A model generated the notes under the pieces. The model saw only the letters and a list, made by a program, of their open reading frames with translations. It searched no databases and had not been told where the DNA came from. From NCBI GenBank assembly GCA_903813345.2, contig CAIIXF020000001.1, positions 49,042,001-49,106,000 on the forward strand: a stretch of 64,000 nt of DNA, given 5' to 3'. The stretch is from Owenia fusiformis (taxonomy: Eukaryota). A program made the position numbers and the translations under genes. This document shows positions 26,201-40,200 of the stretch, one piece after another. Position 1 is the first letter of the stretch. Each line of letters starts with the position of its first letter.

Positions 26201-29200
26201 CTAAAATACAACTCAAGTCAACAATCGCAGTTAAACTGTTACACTAAGTTCAAGTTACCCTTGTAAAATTGTACTTGTAAAATTGTTTCAGAGGCAGACC
26301 TGAAAATTGACAAGGAGCCAGAAAACTGAAAACAGAGGTCTTCAAGAAGATAAGTTCCAATATGTTGATATCATTCAACTGCAATAGTCCTTGTAGATAA
26401 ATGCAAATCTCACAATATCCAGAGCATGTCACTAATCGAGAAATAGAAAGACAGGTCTAAGAATGGGTATTTGTATAATTATCCACCTACCTAATATCTG
26501 ATAGATTCCTATAGCTTGAGAACATAGAATCCCCGTGGTGAGAGCAAGTTGGTGAAGTACGCCCATGGCACCTCTGATTTTGAGAGGTGCTATCTCTGTG
26601 AGGTACATAGGCACTAACCCACTACCACAACCTACAACAAATCACGTACAACATACAATTATAATAGTTACTAGACTATAAAGGCAGGTTGGTATAAAGC
26701 TACATTGAATGATACAACAAAAATGTGAATGTTTGTGAAATATAAGAAACAAGGCATTATATTAACATGGAAAATGTCAAGATCTGCCATTTGTTATATT
26801 TGCAAAACACCAACTGCCAGATGCCAACACCAACACCATCCACAAAAAAGTTGGAGAGAATAACAATATGTCACCACTTCTTGTGGTGACATAATAATTA
26901 CTGACCATAGTGCCTTATTCTGGGTTTGTGTAAAAAACCGGGTGACCAGGTAACTCGGTGACCGGGTACTTAACGTTCCTAGCAGGGTGAGGAATTTTTT
27001 TATTTATAACGTTGGATGTGGACAATACATGTACAAGTACATTATTTTCGATGTCACGTTTTGAGTTTATTTCACATCGTAAGAACGTTTCGACAACGTT
27101 AACTTTTAACGTTAAAATAACGTCGGTAATGAACCGATTTAGTGAGAACATATTGATGTCTTCGTGTAACGTTTCCTTAACTCACAAATATTTTGAAGCC
27201 ATTTCCACAATGTTGAAATTCAACCATCCATCGACGTTTTGCTGAATATTTAAATAACGTCAGATCAATACGGTCCATGACGTCACGTTTTGAGGTTATT
27301 TCAAATCGAAAATTTGAACGTAAACAATACGTCAGAAATGAACCGACTTAATGAGAACACAAAGTTTTTGTCATTTTTTTTCCACCAACAAATATTTTGA
27401 TATTAAAAGTCTGTTTTGACAACGTTGAATTTTAACGTTGAGTTACATCACATATGGACCAATGTAGGAAAAAATCAAACGTTTCTGTTTGTTATGTTTT
27501 CCACACTAACGAACTTTACGGACACGTTGCAACAACGTTCTTTTTATACCATCAATAGATGTCTCATGTTTATGTTGCCTTGATGTGTAAAGAACGAAAA
27601 TGTGCAACGTCTTCTAGGAACTTATATGCTACTTATGAGCAACGTGACATGGACGTCACTGTTTGCTGGATCGATTATTTTAAAAAGTGCTCTGTCTCGT
27701 ATAGGGTAAAAATATCGAACAGCAGTGCTCTCGGTAGGCTAAGTCTGTCAAGTCAATTCGCTACTATATATCGGGGGAAATGTGGAACTTTGAAAGTTGG
27801 TAACCCTGCTAGGAACGTTAGGTACCCGGTCGACCGGGTACCCGGTTACCCGGTTTTTTACACAAACCCCCTTATTCTACTAGTATATGAATGATACCTG
27901 AAATATTATGATAGTTACTTACCACATGCAAAGCCCACAATGAACCTAGCCAAGATAACCATCACAAAGGAGCCAGCCATTTTACTGAAGAAAAACAGCA
28001 GTGTGGCGACAAAGGCTGGAGCATGAAGGATGAGCAAAGAGTTCCGTCTAAAAAGAAACAACGCTGTAAGTAAAGCCTTACAAAGGCAGGATGGGTGTTG
28101 CTACTTTCCATGTTTGATGGAGTAATATCCAATATACAACCAACCCCAAATGATTTCAACTTCTAAACTCTGATTGCTACGACTGGCACTACCATGAGGA
28201 TTGCTTTTTGTTAAAAAAGAGTAGTAAATCCCATGTTCATTTTAACCAATTTGAAATAAGAATTACACCTATATGATATACAGTAAAACCTGGGTTTGTG
28301 AACACATTTCTCTAGTGTATCCTTCTATACAGTGAATGTTCTTATTGGGCAAAACCATTTTCTCCCATTGAATCACTTTTTAGAGTAAGAAGTTTATGTT
28401 GCCTGCCAAATACAATTAAATGATTTGAGATTTTGATATCATTTTGTATTAAAACAGGTGTGACTGATTACAATTCTTAATGGAAATGAGCATTTTGAAA
28501 AACGTTTGCCCCAAAATCTTAATTAAGTACTGGTGGATCTTAAAAGCTGAGTTTGTCAGCTTTCCAACGGCACCAGGTTCGTCCATCACCATGATGTGCA
28601 TATTAAACTCATTTTTGAAGTCCAACTTTTCCTGGGTTATAAAAACGTTTGCAGGACAGGAAATGTGCTTGGTTATAATTGCTTTGTAGATAATCTGGTT
28701 AACAGTCTGGTCTCTAAGAAACAGCAAAAATGCCAAGAAATCAAAACAGTGAACATTTTTTCTCGGCAAAAAAGTGTTAAATATACACAGGTTTCACTGT
28801 ACACATGTATATCAGTTATGAGCAAAATCCATCAAGTGGTAATAAGTTAGAGCGAACCTCACTCCTAGATCTCAACAAAGCATCACACCTTCCAAACTTA
28901 TCTGCAAATGTCCCAGCTGAGAAGGCACCTATCATTCCACCAATAAGGTATATACTGAGACTGAATGACCATATGAAAGTCAACATTATTTCAGATGGTT
29001 CTCCCCCATAGTTCACCGTGTATGTGCTGTTGATGAAATCTTTAATATACTGAAATGAAAAATATTGTTTCAAATTCATGCTTGTGTCATCTTAGCTTCA
29101 AGTATGGTATTGAACATATAGGCATAGTATATGCTTCCCCACCAGAACATGAAATGACTTAAACAATGATATTACCACATATCTCGAGATTGAAATCTCC

Positions 29201-32200
29201 AGAAAGAATGATATACAGTATATTATTGAAGAAGTTATTCCACACATTTTACCAATGTCTGAGCAATGAAATATTATTATATGTTATATTTTTAAATGAG
29301 GCCTACATGTATTTGTGAAAGTGAGGCTTATTTTCAGTCCAAAAGTGAACAAGGCACGGACATGCAAAATATCACCATCTGCAATTGGCTATATTTGTCA
29401 CAGAAGTAAAAAATGTAGAACACCAACCACTGAACGTCGACCACTGTCCACAATAAAGTTGGGGACTACTAGAACAAAATGTCACCACTTCTGGTGGTGA
29501 TATAAAAATAGTCTAACCTACACCCCCAAATCCACCAGTGGATAGTTGCAATTGAAAAAAGACCATATTTCAGATTCGACAGCTGTCGCATTTGAGCTTT
29601 CCGAATGAGACCATATTCAAAATTAATATGCATTATGAAGAACACATGAGACAAATCAAATCTGAACATAAATATTAACAAGACACATGGGGAACAATAT
29701 CACACCTTTTGAAAGAATAGACAGTTTTTAGGATGGAAATTCCAAAAATGGTTTGGCTTGAAACATACTTATAGCCAAGATTCTAGGATGGGAAGTCCAA
29801 AATGGTCCCCTTGTGGCCTTAACCTGACCCAGAATGCCAAAAAACTTATCAGTTTTTAACTTTCCTACCAAGAAATTCCCTAAAAAGTTCAGATCAATCC
29901 ATTAAAGGATTGGCTTGAAATATACTTAACAGACAATTATATTTTAAGACGGAAAATCCAAAATGGCCACATTAAGTCAGAATATCATACAAAGAAGCCA
30001 ACGAAACATCCCTAAAAATTTCAGATCAATCCACTGGCGGATTAGGGGGGGGGGGCCTGGGGGCCCGGGCCCCCCCCCTTGGGTGGGCCCAGAAAAAAAA
30101 AATTGGGCCCAAAAATTTTTTTGGGCCAAACAAGGCCTTCAGGCCCCAAAAAGTGGGCCTTTTTGGTCATTACTGGGCCTTTTAAGGCCTTATTTTTTAA
30201 TTTCAGGCCAAATTTTGAAGAAAATGGGCCTCAAAATTTCAAAATTTGGGCCCACTTTTGGATTTTAGGGGCCCAAAATTTGTGCCCCCCCCCTTGTTGG
30301 TTCCTGGATCCGCCCCTGCAATCCGTCTTGGACAAGTTATAATGAAAACACGCGCATCGCACTAACGTGCCAACAAGCAAATACAAAATGATCGATCCTC
30401 CAGAAAGTGCATGCATGTTTATGATTAGACTAGTCATGCTCAAAAACAAACCAGTTCTTTACTTTTAATACCAAGAAACATCCCTAAAAATGTCAGATTA
30501 ATCCGTCAAATGTTTAAGCTTGAAATATGAATAGACAAGACTACATTTTACAGACAAAATTTTGGGATGAAAAACCCAAAAGTTCTGCCTAAAAATTTAA
30601 CCATCATGCCCAAAATCTAATCAGTCCAGATTTTCATACAAAAAAAAGATTCCACAAAATTTGAAATCAATCCATCAAATGGTCCTAATCACTCAGCGAA
30701 CTGATCATGATATAGCACCCAAGGGTGCGATAAACATTGTTAAAAAACACAAACAATAGTACCACAATAAGTACATTTGTATGAATAATTTTAGTCAATA
30801 CCTCAGAGGGTGGGTTCATCACCCCAGTGTTCCAGCCATGGGTAAATGAGCTTCCAAATGCTGCGGCAAAAGCTGTCACACACAATGGCAATGTAACATG
30901 CCCCTAAAAATACAGTAATAAATCACTGAAATATATTTATCATACCAATTTGAATTTATACAAGCCAAATCTATATCTGATTCAGCAAAATCTGCATAAT
31001 ACAAACCTCAAAAAATGTTCACTAAATACCTTGGCATCTTGAGGATCAAAAGCCATTTTATAAATCATTTCATGTTTCTAAGCTTTATAATAATACAAAT
31101 AAAATACTTTATTATAACTATATCAAAATCTACTATGCACTCCCTCCATAGTCACTAAAGACTAACTACATGGTCCAATTGTTTTAGGGGAACCAATTAG
31201 TGTACAAAGGTCTCAAAGAAATTCTCAAGACTAAGAGCAGTGCCATCATCTGCAGAATGCCTGTGTGCAAAAGTCTCCCTAGCTATGTCTTGTAGGCTTT
31301 AGATATCTTTGATCATAAAAGGTTGATGATTTTCCTACACTTAGTTCTATTCCACAGTGAAACACATTACATGTAGTTTGTGTAAGGGCTACATGATGGA
31401 TTGTTTAGTGTACAATTTCAGAATTAAACAAAGCTTGTTCAGTCAACTTCAGACTGATGTCCAAATAATTAGATATTAGGACAAGATCTACTGTATTTTG
31501 TTGAACCTTGGAGCAGTAGATCTGCTGTCATTTAATTGGGTCTTTACCCATGCCCGGGGCTGTTCATCTGAAAGCAATACCATTGTTGTCTCTTGTCACA
31601 TCATCCTGAGAAGAATATTGCTCTGATGTCAGACTTCGTCTTGGGTAACCAAGGTATGAAGTTTTCATTTAAAAATCAAACTGGTAACTGAGTAACAGAT
31701 CTGTTGCTAACTTTTGGAGCAATAGTTATGAAACCTTTGAACCTCAGGCAATACAACAGTGTTCAGTTGTCACATCAAGTAGCAACAAGGCACTGACATC
31801 CAAAATGTCACCACCTGCCATTGATTACAGGTGTCAAATGCCAAACACCAAGCTGAACATCGTCCACGAAAAAGTTTGGGACTTGAACAATATGTTACCA
31901 CTTCTGGTGATGAAAAAAACTCAGTTGTCAGTTCTTTAGAATAATAACTCAGAAGTCAGACCTATGTCAATGGTAATAGATCTATGGCCTAAGGACCTGT
32001 AACTGAATTACCCACAAGGCAATAACTTTGTTGTCAGGCTTAGGGGCAATAGCTTTTTTTGTCAGAGTTAGGGACAATAGCTTTATTGATAGTGTTAGGG
32101 GCAATAGCTTTATTGTCAGAGTTAGGGGCAATAGCTTTAAGGTCAGACTTAGGGGCAATAGCTTTATTGTTAGTGTTAGGGGCAAAAGCTTTATTGTCAG

Positions 32201-34907
32201 ACTTAGGGGCAATAGCTTTATTGTCAGTGTTAGGGGCAATAGCTTTATGTCAGAGTTAGGGGCAATAGCTTTATTGTCAGTTTTAGGGGCAATAGCTTTA
32301 TTGTCAGTTTTAGGGACAATAGCTTTATTGTCAGAGTTAGAGGCAATAGCTTTTTTGTCAGACTTAGGAGCAATAACTTTAATGTCAGACTTAGGGGCAA
32401 TAGCTTTTTTGTCAGACTTAGGAGCAATAGCTTTTTTTGTCAGACTTATAAGGCAATAGCTTTTTTTGTCAGACTTGGGAGCAATAGCTTCCTCAGTTTT
32501 CAGGTCAAGAGCAGTAGTCAACAAACAAGAGGTTTGCACACCCAGGCACTGGAACAGATGGGCCTAGGATAATCATACCCCGGAATCATGCTAAAGAAAA
32601 GCCCCCTCCCACTCCTGTTAATATTCCCGGCAATATTATTTGGTTCACAGAGAGGTGGGCGGGCGGTGGGGGGGTACTAAGGTAAAATGGGTTGTCGGAT
32701 TTGGACAATGAAAAATGTAAATGAACATATAGCATATCTATTACGACATGTAGTCACTCACTTCACTGAAGGAAATCATTTAAAATTATGATTGATTGAA
32801 TGAAATTCGATTCTGATTTTTTGGAAAAAATTGCAAGATCATCATTATAAACTCCCCCTCTCCCTCTTATCCCAAGGAATGCCCACAAATCAAAATGTAC
32901 ACTACAAACCTCATGCATTCTAGCCCTGTGCATTTTGAGTACATTCAGAACACTTAGAATGTTGTATTTCTTGCTCCCGTGTCAGTTCTTTCCAAAGGAT
33001 GGTTTTCCGGTTTTATCAACATTGGCGCGCTTGGTGACGTCAGAGAGGTGTGTCAGGGGGAGTGCCTCACAACCATTCATTTGAACCAATAAGATTTTGA
33101 GGTCAAACTGACCGGGAGTAAAAACAATGACCTTCCTTTGAACTGGAAAGACAGGGACCTGTCATTCTCAATTTGCAAATTGGGCAGAAAGACAATCAGG
33201 TATCATGTCCAAGTATCCAAAACAATTAAATGTACATGGCTAAATTATGTAGAAAATATGTTTGGTCTTAGCTGTTAGGGTTGATATAGAAGAATGTGCA
33301 GTGATTGTGTAAGTTTCAAGTGTGACATAGAATGTGCAGTATGTAATTGTGCCCCGAGTAACACTGTTGGTCTTAATTGTGACATAGAATGTGCAATACT
33401 TGATTGTGCATTAATTACATTTGTCCTAAATGTGACATGAATGTGAAATAGCTACATTTTAAGTTTGAAGTGTGACATATACTTGTAGAATTGAAATATG
33501 TTACAAGTACAGTAACAGGGTTTGTCTTATAAGTGTAACATAGTGTGCAATAAAGGATTGTGCAGTGACAAATAATTCATGTTTAAAAGTGTGACATATA
33601 AATTGGAGTGTTTATTTAAGAAGTTACTACATTTTAAGTGTGCTATAGTAGAATATTGATTGTGTCTTTTGTACATGTATGTGTGTCTTTAGTGTAGAAC
33701 AATTTGGAGTGAATAGTTAAGCAGAAACAGTGGTGGTCCTAAAACTTGTGTGACAATAGTACAAGGTGACCTAAAAATGATGCAACCGTCTAATTTTGAA
33801 CTTCAAGGTAACAAACATTAGTATACTCCTATTGCTCCTACAACATAGAGATTTAAGGATTGATTTTATTGTACTATTATGATGATAATATGTCCTGTTT
33901 ACATACTTTCTTAAAACAACTTTGCCAATAATGATGAACTGTCTTGCAGTTAATATAATAAACACTGACAGATACAGATTTCTGAAATTGCATTTTTGAA
34001 TGATTGGTATGAGAGTATATCGGATGGAATTAAAGTGATTCCACAATATTTGACTTGAGTTATTAAAAAATAAGGGGCTGCAGTTTTATGGGGTCACCTT
34101 GTATAGAATGAAGGATTGGTTATGAAGAAACTTTTAAAATTGGTCCTTCAGAATAACATATAGTATGAGATGTTGAATGATTGATCATGCATTTCAGTTG
34201 AGTCCATTACAAACACATAATTCTTTTTTGTGCATGGTGCCTGATTTTGTGGAATGTGACAGAGGATGAATGCCTGTGTAAGTGACATAAAATGTTAAGT
34301 GAATGATTGTGAATTTTCTGCATTGTTCTCTTAGTATGTGATAGACGTATAATGCAGGGATTGTGCAGAGACTGTATTGGTACTTTATCATTCAGTGTGA
34401 TATTCTCACATATATTTATCTGTGAAGTGAATGTCCTGTGACCTCTTCAGTCACTTATGTAACATACCTCTATTTATTGACATGTGGTCTTTTTACAGTG
34501 TCAGGATATGATTTTAAGTCAACCCCTGGATAGGTCAATAGTAAATGAATAGTTAACTGAATGAAAATGCTATTGGAACTATGTAGCAGTGTTCACATAA
34601 AGAGGTGTTCACAATATGAGATTCTGTTAACATACTAAATGTTGAACTGAAAATATGTGTTCATATTTCCAGGTGTTCATGACATGTGTTCAGATGCACA
34701 GGTTTTACTATAGTCAGTGTAGGTATATTATACTACAAAATCCCCTAAACCTACCTTCCTTTTAAGTTCTTCATCTATTTGTTCTTCTTCCTCTGGTGAT
34801 AGACCTGCCTTGTCAAGTCTGCTCCTGCTCTGTAACTTGTTGAGACTCTGCTGGCTTCCAAGAGCCAGTTGGCTACCAGACCAGGTCATTGATCCAAAGC
34901 TTGCCAT
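17286..34907 (-). CDS. Facilitated hexose transporter, GLUT/SLC2A family (MFS sugar porter), 592 aa
   Basis: Exons 34907-34755, 30903-30802, 29049-28889, 28047-27923, 26631-26491, 24256-24119, 23872-23685, 22356-22246, 19332-19155, 18746-18619, 18025-17855, 17468-17286, all in phase. Motifs [83 protein letters not shown]. Confidence 0.95.
18054..18208. repeat. 32-bp minisatellite, about 5 copies
   Basis: AACAATGGAATACACAAACAAGGGAGTGTTAC with period 32 (ATG at 18058, 18090, 18122, 18154, 18186). Confidence 0.95.
19461..21262 (+). mobile_element. Helentron/DINE-1-like element with internal ~480-bp tandem repeats
   Basis: 5' AGACTCCAGAT..ATCTGGAGTCT hairpin, a TTC/TTA microsatellite, about 2.5-3 copies of a ~480-bp unit (GAGATATGGTGTCCGAAAA near 19803, 20279, 20754), then a 3' ATCTGGAGTCT copy and a TTGAAC..GTTCAA hairpin. 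Confidence 0.7.
21465..21850. mobile_element. Degenerate MITE
   Basis: ATCAACATACTTTTTCAAAAATGTTGACC...TTTTCATCAAAAATGCAA is the reverse complement of TTGCATTTTTGGTGAAAA...GGTCAACACCTTTGAAAAAGTGTGTTGAT. Confidence 0.6.
22820..23183. mobile_element. mariner-type MITE remnant
   Basis: TA|CAGGGTGTC...GACACTCTG|TA. Confidence 0.55.
24595..25693. mobile_element. Non-autonomous TIR element (possibly Harbinger-like)
   Basis: CTATCACACCAAACTAGT (24600-24617) and ACTAGTTTGGTGTGATAG (25671-25688); the interior is CpG-richer than the flanks. Confidence 0.6.
26748..26894 (+). repeat. Representative copy of a ~140-bp dispersed family (other copies at about 22006, 24359, 29348, 31784, 36922)
   Basis: AACAAGGCA..ACATGCAAAATGTCACCACCTGCCATT...TCCACAAAAAAGTTGGGGA..AACAATATGTCACCACTTCTGGTGGTGACATAA, ending in a palindrome. 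Confidence 0.8.
26922..27869. mobile_element. Mutator (MULE)-type non-autonomous element
   Basis: CCTTATTCT|GGGTTTGTGTAAAAAACCGGGT...ACCCGGTTTTTTACACAAACCC|CCTTATTCT: perfect 9-bp TSD and ~68-bp TIR. Confidence 0.9.
30032..30318. mobile_element. GC-rich MITE with a 5-bp TSD (hAT5-like)
   Basis: CAATC|CACTGGCGGAT...ATCCGCCCCTG|CAATC; inserted into an older repeat spanning about 29680-30680. Confidence 0.8.
32010..32495. repeat. 27-bp minisatellite, about 17 copies
   Basis: Unit TTAGGGGCAATAGCTTTATTGTCAGAC; it produces the 9-aa periodic ORFs 31982-32539 and 32028-32459. Confidence 0.95.
32910..32933 (-). CDS. Probable alternative first coding exon of the GLUT gene (MHRARMHE), giving 549 aa
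   Basis: CAAAATG start, 8 codons, phase-0 GAG|GTTTGT donor compatible with exon 30903. TGACGTCA (about 33035) and CCAAT (about 33086) lie upstream. Confidence 0.55.
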
Positions 34908-37269
34908 AGTTCTAATCAAATAATTGCACTAATAAATACTTATTGTGTTTTTATTGTATAAATTTTATAAAGTTGAGATGCTGTTGTGGTTGCTGCAATC
35001 AAATAGTCTGAATTATCCTTGCTGAATGATCTACGGAATCACAGCTGGTGATTGCTTAATTGTGATAATCCACTCTATTTATGATGCATCACATGCTGAG
35101 ATTGCTTTGTTAAAAACATCTTTAAATTTCTTCAATCTTATTTGCTACATCTCTCATAATTCAATTCAATTCCAGAAATATGTGCTCATAATACATGTGC
35201 TACACTATGAAGAGCTTTAGCAATGTCACCAGTACATGCAGTAGCAGCTATGTTAAAGTACCAACTACTATCTTTAAACCTACTATATACTGTACTATGA
35301 TATCAACCAAGTTAAAAATTAACTCTTCAACAGTCTATTCATTAGATATCTGATAGCCTCTCTAACAATAGTAACTGATATACTGTAAACCTGTAGTATT
35401 TTTATCACATATTTTTATAATGGAATGGGGATGACAAGATTTAACGAAAAACTTAATTGGCTGCCAAAAAACAAAATGGCCACCCAAATGTTAATCAATT
35501 GTAAAACTTGATCAACCCCAATCACAAGCATGCAATCATCTTAAAGATTTCTCACCAGTGGTGTGATAAAGAAAGATAATTTTCTTAACATTCTCACAAG
35601 TATATAAGGTCTGACTTGAGAAAATGTTCCAGAGAATGCTCTCTTCCGTGTCTTGCATCAAGTGCTTGTGTACTCATCCCCCACTAATGCCTCAGTCACA
35701 TTTGATCTACGTCAAAGACGTCATCCATACGGCAGCCATAGCTTCCCAAAATCGAGAGAAATATGCAGCATAAAATAAAGGGATAAGAAGTGCAATGTAC
35801 ATTTTCTCAATGATTGAGTCAAGATTTTCACCAAATTTTATCCTGCAAGGTAACAAAAAAAAAAAGGCACTCAACAAAATTTGAAAAAATTGGCGGAGAC
35901 TTAATTTGGCAGTTTCTATCCATCCACCAAATTAAAACAGCTGTAAAATTAAAGCAATTTACAGTATCGATTTTGTGAAGCTATGGCCACCGTACGCCCA
36001 CCGAAGAGCAAATGTAACTGAGGCTTAACATACACACCTTCTAAACAAGGTATTGTACGAGATGTTTTACTGCCAGTACCATATTAGAAGTTGGATTAGA
36101 CTTAGGACCTACAGCTCATAAGAAGGATGATATTTTTATTTACTTTAGTACAGAAATAAAAAGTAAATAAAAAACAACAACAATTTCTGCCCTTCAGAAT
36201 CTTTTGAAAAAGAGATATACTTTATGCTCCTGCACTACTAGCATATTGTGAAATCTATGCTCCTTAACTTTTACTATGCATATACTTAAGTTTAATCATA
36301 TGTTTGACTTTTTGCACTTGTAATAAATTGACATTGGACAAGTTACTTGAAGTACAAGTGGCCTTGATAAAAAATGTAAGGTTCTTCATCTGATATCATG
36401 CAGCCCAGGCATGATAGTCACACACATATCTTATGATTAAAAAAATGTATATATGTATAAATCATATAAAGTGACACAAATGGTGTATTGGAGCCACATC
36501 ATAAAATGTATATAAGTTCTGTAACTAGATATTTTAGCTGTATAAATGTATCAATACACAGATGTTAAAATGGAAAGGAAAAAGTTGTGTGTTTCCACTT
36601 GAAACCTCTGCAATGCTTTTAAAGTGCTTAGTCAGCAAAGTCTACCACCTTTAATCATATTCAGGACATGGGGAATATTATGGATTTATGTATTTGAAAC
36701 AAGAACCTTTAAGTTAGACAATGATGTATGCTTTAAGTACTTAACTTCTTTTTATTTCATAATAGGAATGTCAAGGTGACTTTTAGATATTTGAGTCTTA
36801 GATTATTACCTGACAACTTGACAAATCTTTCAAAAGGTTTTGTTGTTAATCCACCCATTATACGAGGTAATAAATGATGTAAATCACAGAACAGTTTACC
36901 TTTATACTTGACCTGATTTTAAACAAGGCATTAACATGCAAAATGTCAACACCTGCCATTTGTTACAGATCCCAAATTGTGAACACTGCCAAACACCAAC
37001 CAGCGTCCATATAAAAGTTGGAGACAATAACAATATGTGACCATTTGCGATGTTGGCATAATGATTTAAATAGGAATGGGTAGGTTAATGGATAATCAGA
37101 GTACAACATTACTAAGAAGAACACATCATGAAAAATTAGATGATATTGATAATAATATGAAGAATTTTTAGGTTCCTCTTAATTTATTTTGTAAATGATT
37201 GCCTTTGCTTAAATTTTGGTTTGTTATTATTGTCACTTTATGCTTAAAGGTCCTCTATATATTGCAACT

Positions 37270-40200
37270 TCAACATGCATCTGGACTGCATGGTCTGGTC
37301 TGTTTGGGGCATGTCATGTCTTCACTTGTGCGCTGTTGCTCTCCAAATAGATGACGCTGGTAGTCATTCTCCATGGCAACAACATTGGGCCTCAGGAGAT
37401 AAAGTCCATATTCAATACTGGAGACTGGTACTACACCTGAAGAGATAACAATGTGCCTGTACATTATTGACACATCCTTCAAGATTGGCTTCATTGCTAT
37501 AGCAGTTATGGAGAGAATTGACATACCCTTGGACCAAGGATGGTGTTAACATAGTACCTGTCTTCTTTTAGAATTAAATTACTCACAAAAATTATTTAAA
37601 TCTAAACTCTACCAGACTATTGTTCATCAACACTCTACATGTTCATCTCTAAAGTCAGTGTTATGAATTCAACTCGAAATCTCATCTTTGTATCAAACCT
37701 TGTAAATAATTAAGTATAACTGAAATAAATGGTTTATAAAAAATCTCTTCAATCAGTGATTATGTACATATAAAATAATATGAATGATCTCAGACTGCCA
37801 TCTTTTAAAGTCAAGTTGGATAAACTGATTAATAATGAAAACATGAATCATACCAGATTTAAGCCAGGGGTATGTGCTCCATGCTCCATTAAATCGTACA
37901 GGGTTGGTGCCATCCTCAGGAGGATATACATCAAAGTAGGCCACTTCACTGAGAGAGTATGTAGACTGCTCTATTCTCAACACTCTCAGGCCTACAGCAT
38001 AGTTGGCCTGGTAGGTAAGGCTTCCATTAACATATTGGTTGTGATCTATTGACAAAAGCTCATGGAAATGGGTGTTCCTGAGAATTGGATTACTCAAGGA
38101 GTTCACATCCCATATGTAGGTCCTGGTACGCCTGCAAGAATCATTTTCATTAGACAAATGGGTTGTAGTTTCTTTAAGTAACCTTGCATACAATGAAGGA
38201 TTTTTTCTTCAATGTGAGCTGAATCTTAATAGACAAATGTTCAAGAAAAAGATTGAATACTTGAAAGCCTAGCTCCTGTTCACTACACTGTTGGAGAAAT
38301 CAATCAAATATAATTTTGGGCTGGGTAAAATTGTAATTAACTTTTTTATATTTTATTATTGAATTGTTAGACTGACCACTGTAAATAAAAAAATAAACTA
38401 AACAATAATCCACGAAAAAAACAGCAACTCAAATCCCATCAAACAATACATACTTGATCAAATCACTCATTTCATGATAAAAATAATCAGGCAGAATAGG
38501 TATATTGAAAATTCCTTATTGAGCAGATATGAGGTCCTTTGCCCATAAGACCCTAGCCTATAAAATCGACCAAATTCTGACTTGTATTTGAATTCATTAT
38601 CTCCAGCAGAGCTCTTATGTCCCTAAGACATGTAAGACACCACCAGGATTACATTTTTACAAAACTAAATGGGACAACCAGTACAGTGTTGACATTATTG
38701 TTCAGACATACTGAAATGGAAGAACAGCTTCTCTATAGTATTATCCTTACTTGAACTTCTTTAGGTAGGATAATAAAATATAAAATGAAATAACTGACTG
38801 CTACTGATGACAACATATTATGCAGTTGTACATATAAATTATTATTAAGCAGTAATTAAGAGCAGAGGGTGTTTTATCTTTTAAATGAACTTAATAAACT
38901 TACTGGTCAAAGTTATTCTGTTCATCTTGTTCATCATCCATCAACAAAACACTCTGATCCTCAGTAAGCCATCCCTGTAAAATATTTATTTCACAAATGA
39001 ACTTTTTCATACTTTTATAGTCTGCAGGCCCGTAGCCAGGGGGGGGGGTCGATGGGTTCGAACCCCACCCGCCCCCGGCCAAAATTCTTTCAAAATCATG
39101 CAGTTTTTCACCATTCTGAGCACTTTTTAAGTGATTTGGGCCATTTTTGGACCAAAATTGTCACAAGTGACCCCCCTGGAATTTTTCAAAAAGTGAACCC
39201 CCCTTGGCAAATCCTGGCTACGGGCCTGGTCTGTATCCATCAAATATGTCACATATGTCACATTGTATACACATGTTTAAATTCTGGACTCTCAAATTGT
39301 GATTTACTTGAATGTTAGTTTTATTTTCCATGAAATCTCATTTAATCATGGCTTGAATTTTATATGCTTTGTCTTTCAATTTATTTTTAATCTCTCAGAT
39401 CCTTTAAACAATATGTAAGGCCTAGCTCAGGCCTGTAACCACGATGAGCAAGAAGTGAAAGATGTATTGATGATATTGAAGCTCTACCTGATGTGTGTAT
39501 TGTGAGCCAGCATACTCCACTCTAGAGATAATAGTTGGTCCATTAGTTGCCCTAGTATCAACAATAGTCAGAGAGTTCTCATTGTAGCAGAAGCAGATCT
39601 CACGCCCAGTGTAAGTGCTGTCTGGGCCGTTATAGTTGAGGCATTGGGCATCATGCACGTAGCCATCCTCATCAAAGCAACCAATGAATTGAGGATTTTT
39701 GGGCTCACTGACATCAAGCATGTGGAGGCCACCTGTGTTATGATGGCAGGAGATTAAATAACAATTGTATTCAAGAAAAAAGGTAAAAATTATTTTGGAA
39801 GAAAAATAATTTCATGGCTCTCACTGGATTATCAATACACTTTTTAACCATTTCCAAAATTCCTTCACATTGATACAGATTCTATCATTTTATACAACTA
39901 AGAAAAATCATACCAAAGCATGTATCATATTCCAAAGGTGATTCAGTAGCACCAACTACAAACACAGTATTAGTTGCTTCATTTGATACAATATTGTGAG
40001 CATTGCCAAATCTAGTGTAGTGGAAGTCTGGTTCGACGACTCCTAAAGAGGTCTGGCCGCGGAGTCTGGTGAGGTCAAACACCTGGAGACCGTGTCCAGT
40101 AGCCTCTGAGACTATGTAGGCATGGTTGTTTACAACCTAAGGCACAAATAGATTTTGAATTAAAGTACTTAGTAGAAAATATCACATTCGCAATATGATT

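Noticed and set aside
31982..32539. 185-aa and 143-aa repetitive ORFs, and TTAGGG telomere-like motifs
   Set aside because: By-products of a 27-bp minisatellite. TTAGGG occurs at most once per unit and is not a telomeric tract.
37437..37524. 5' part of ORF 37270-37524
   Set aside because: Intronic; the phase-compatible acceptor is at 37436.
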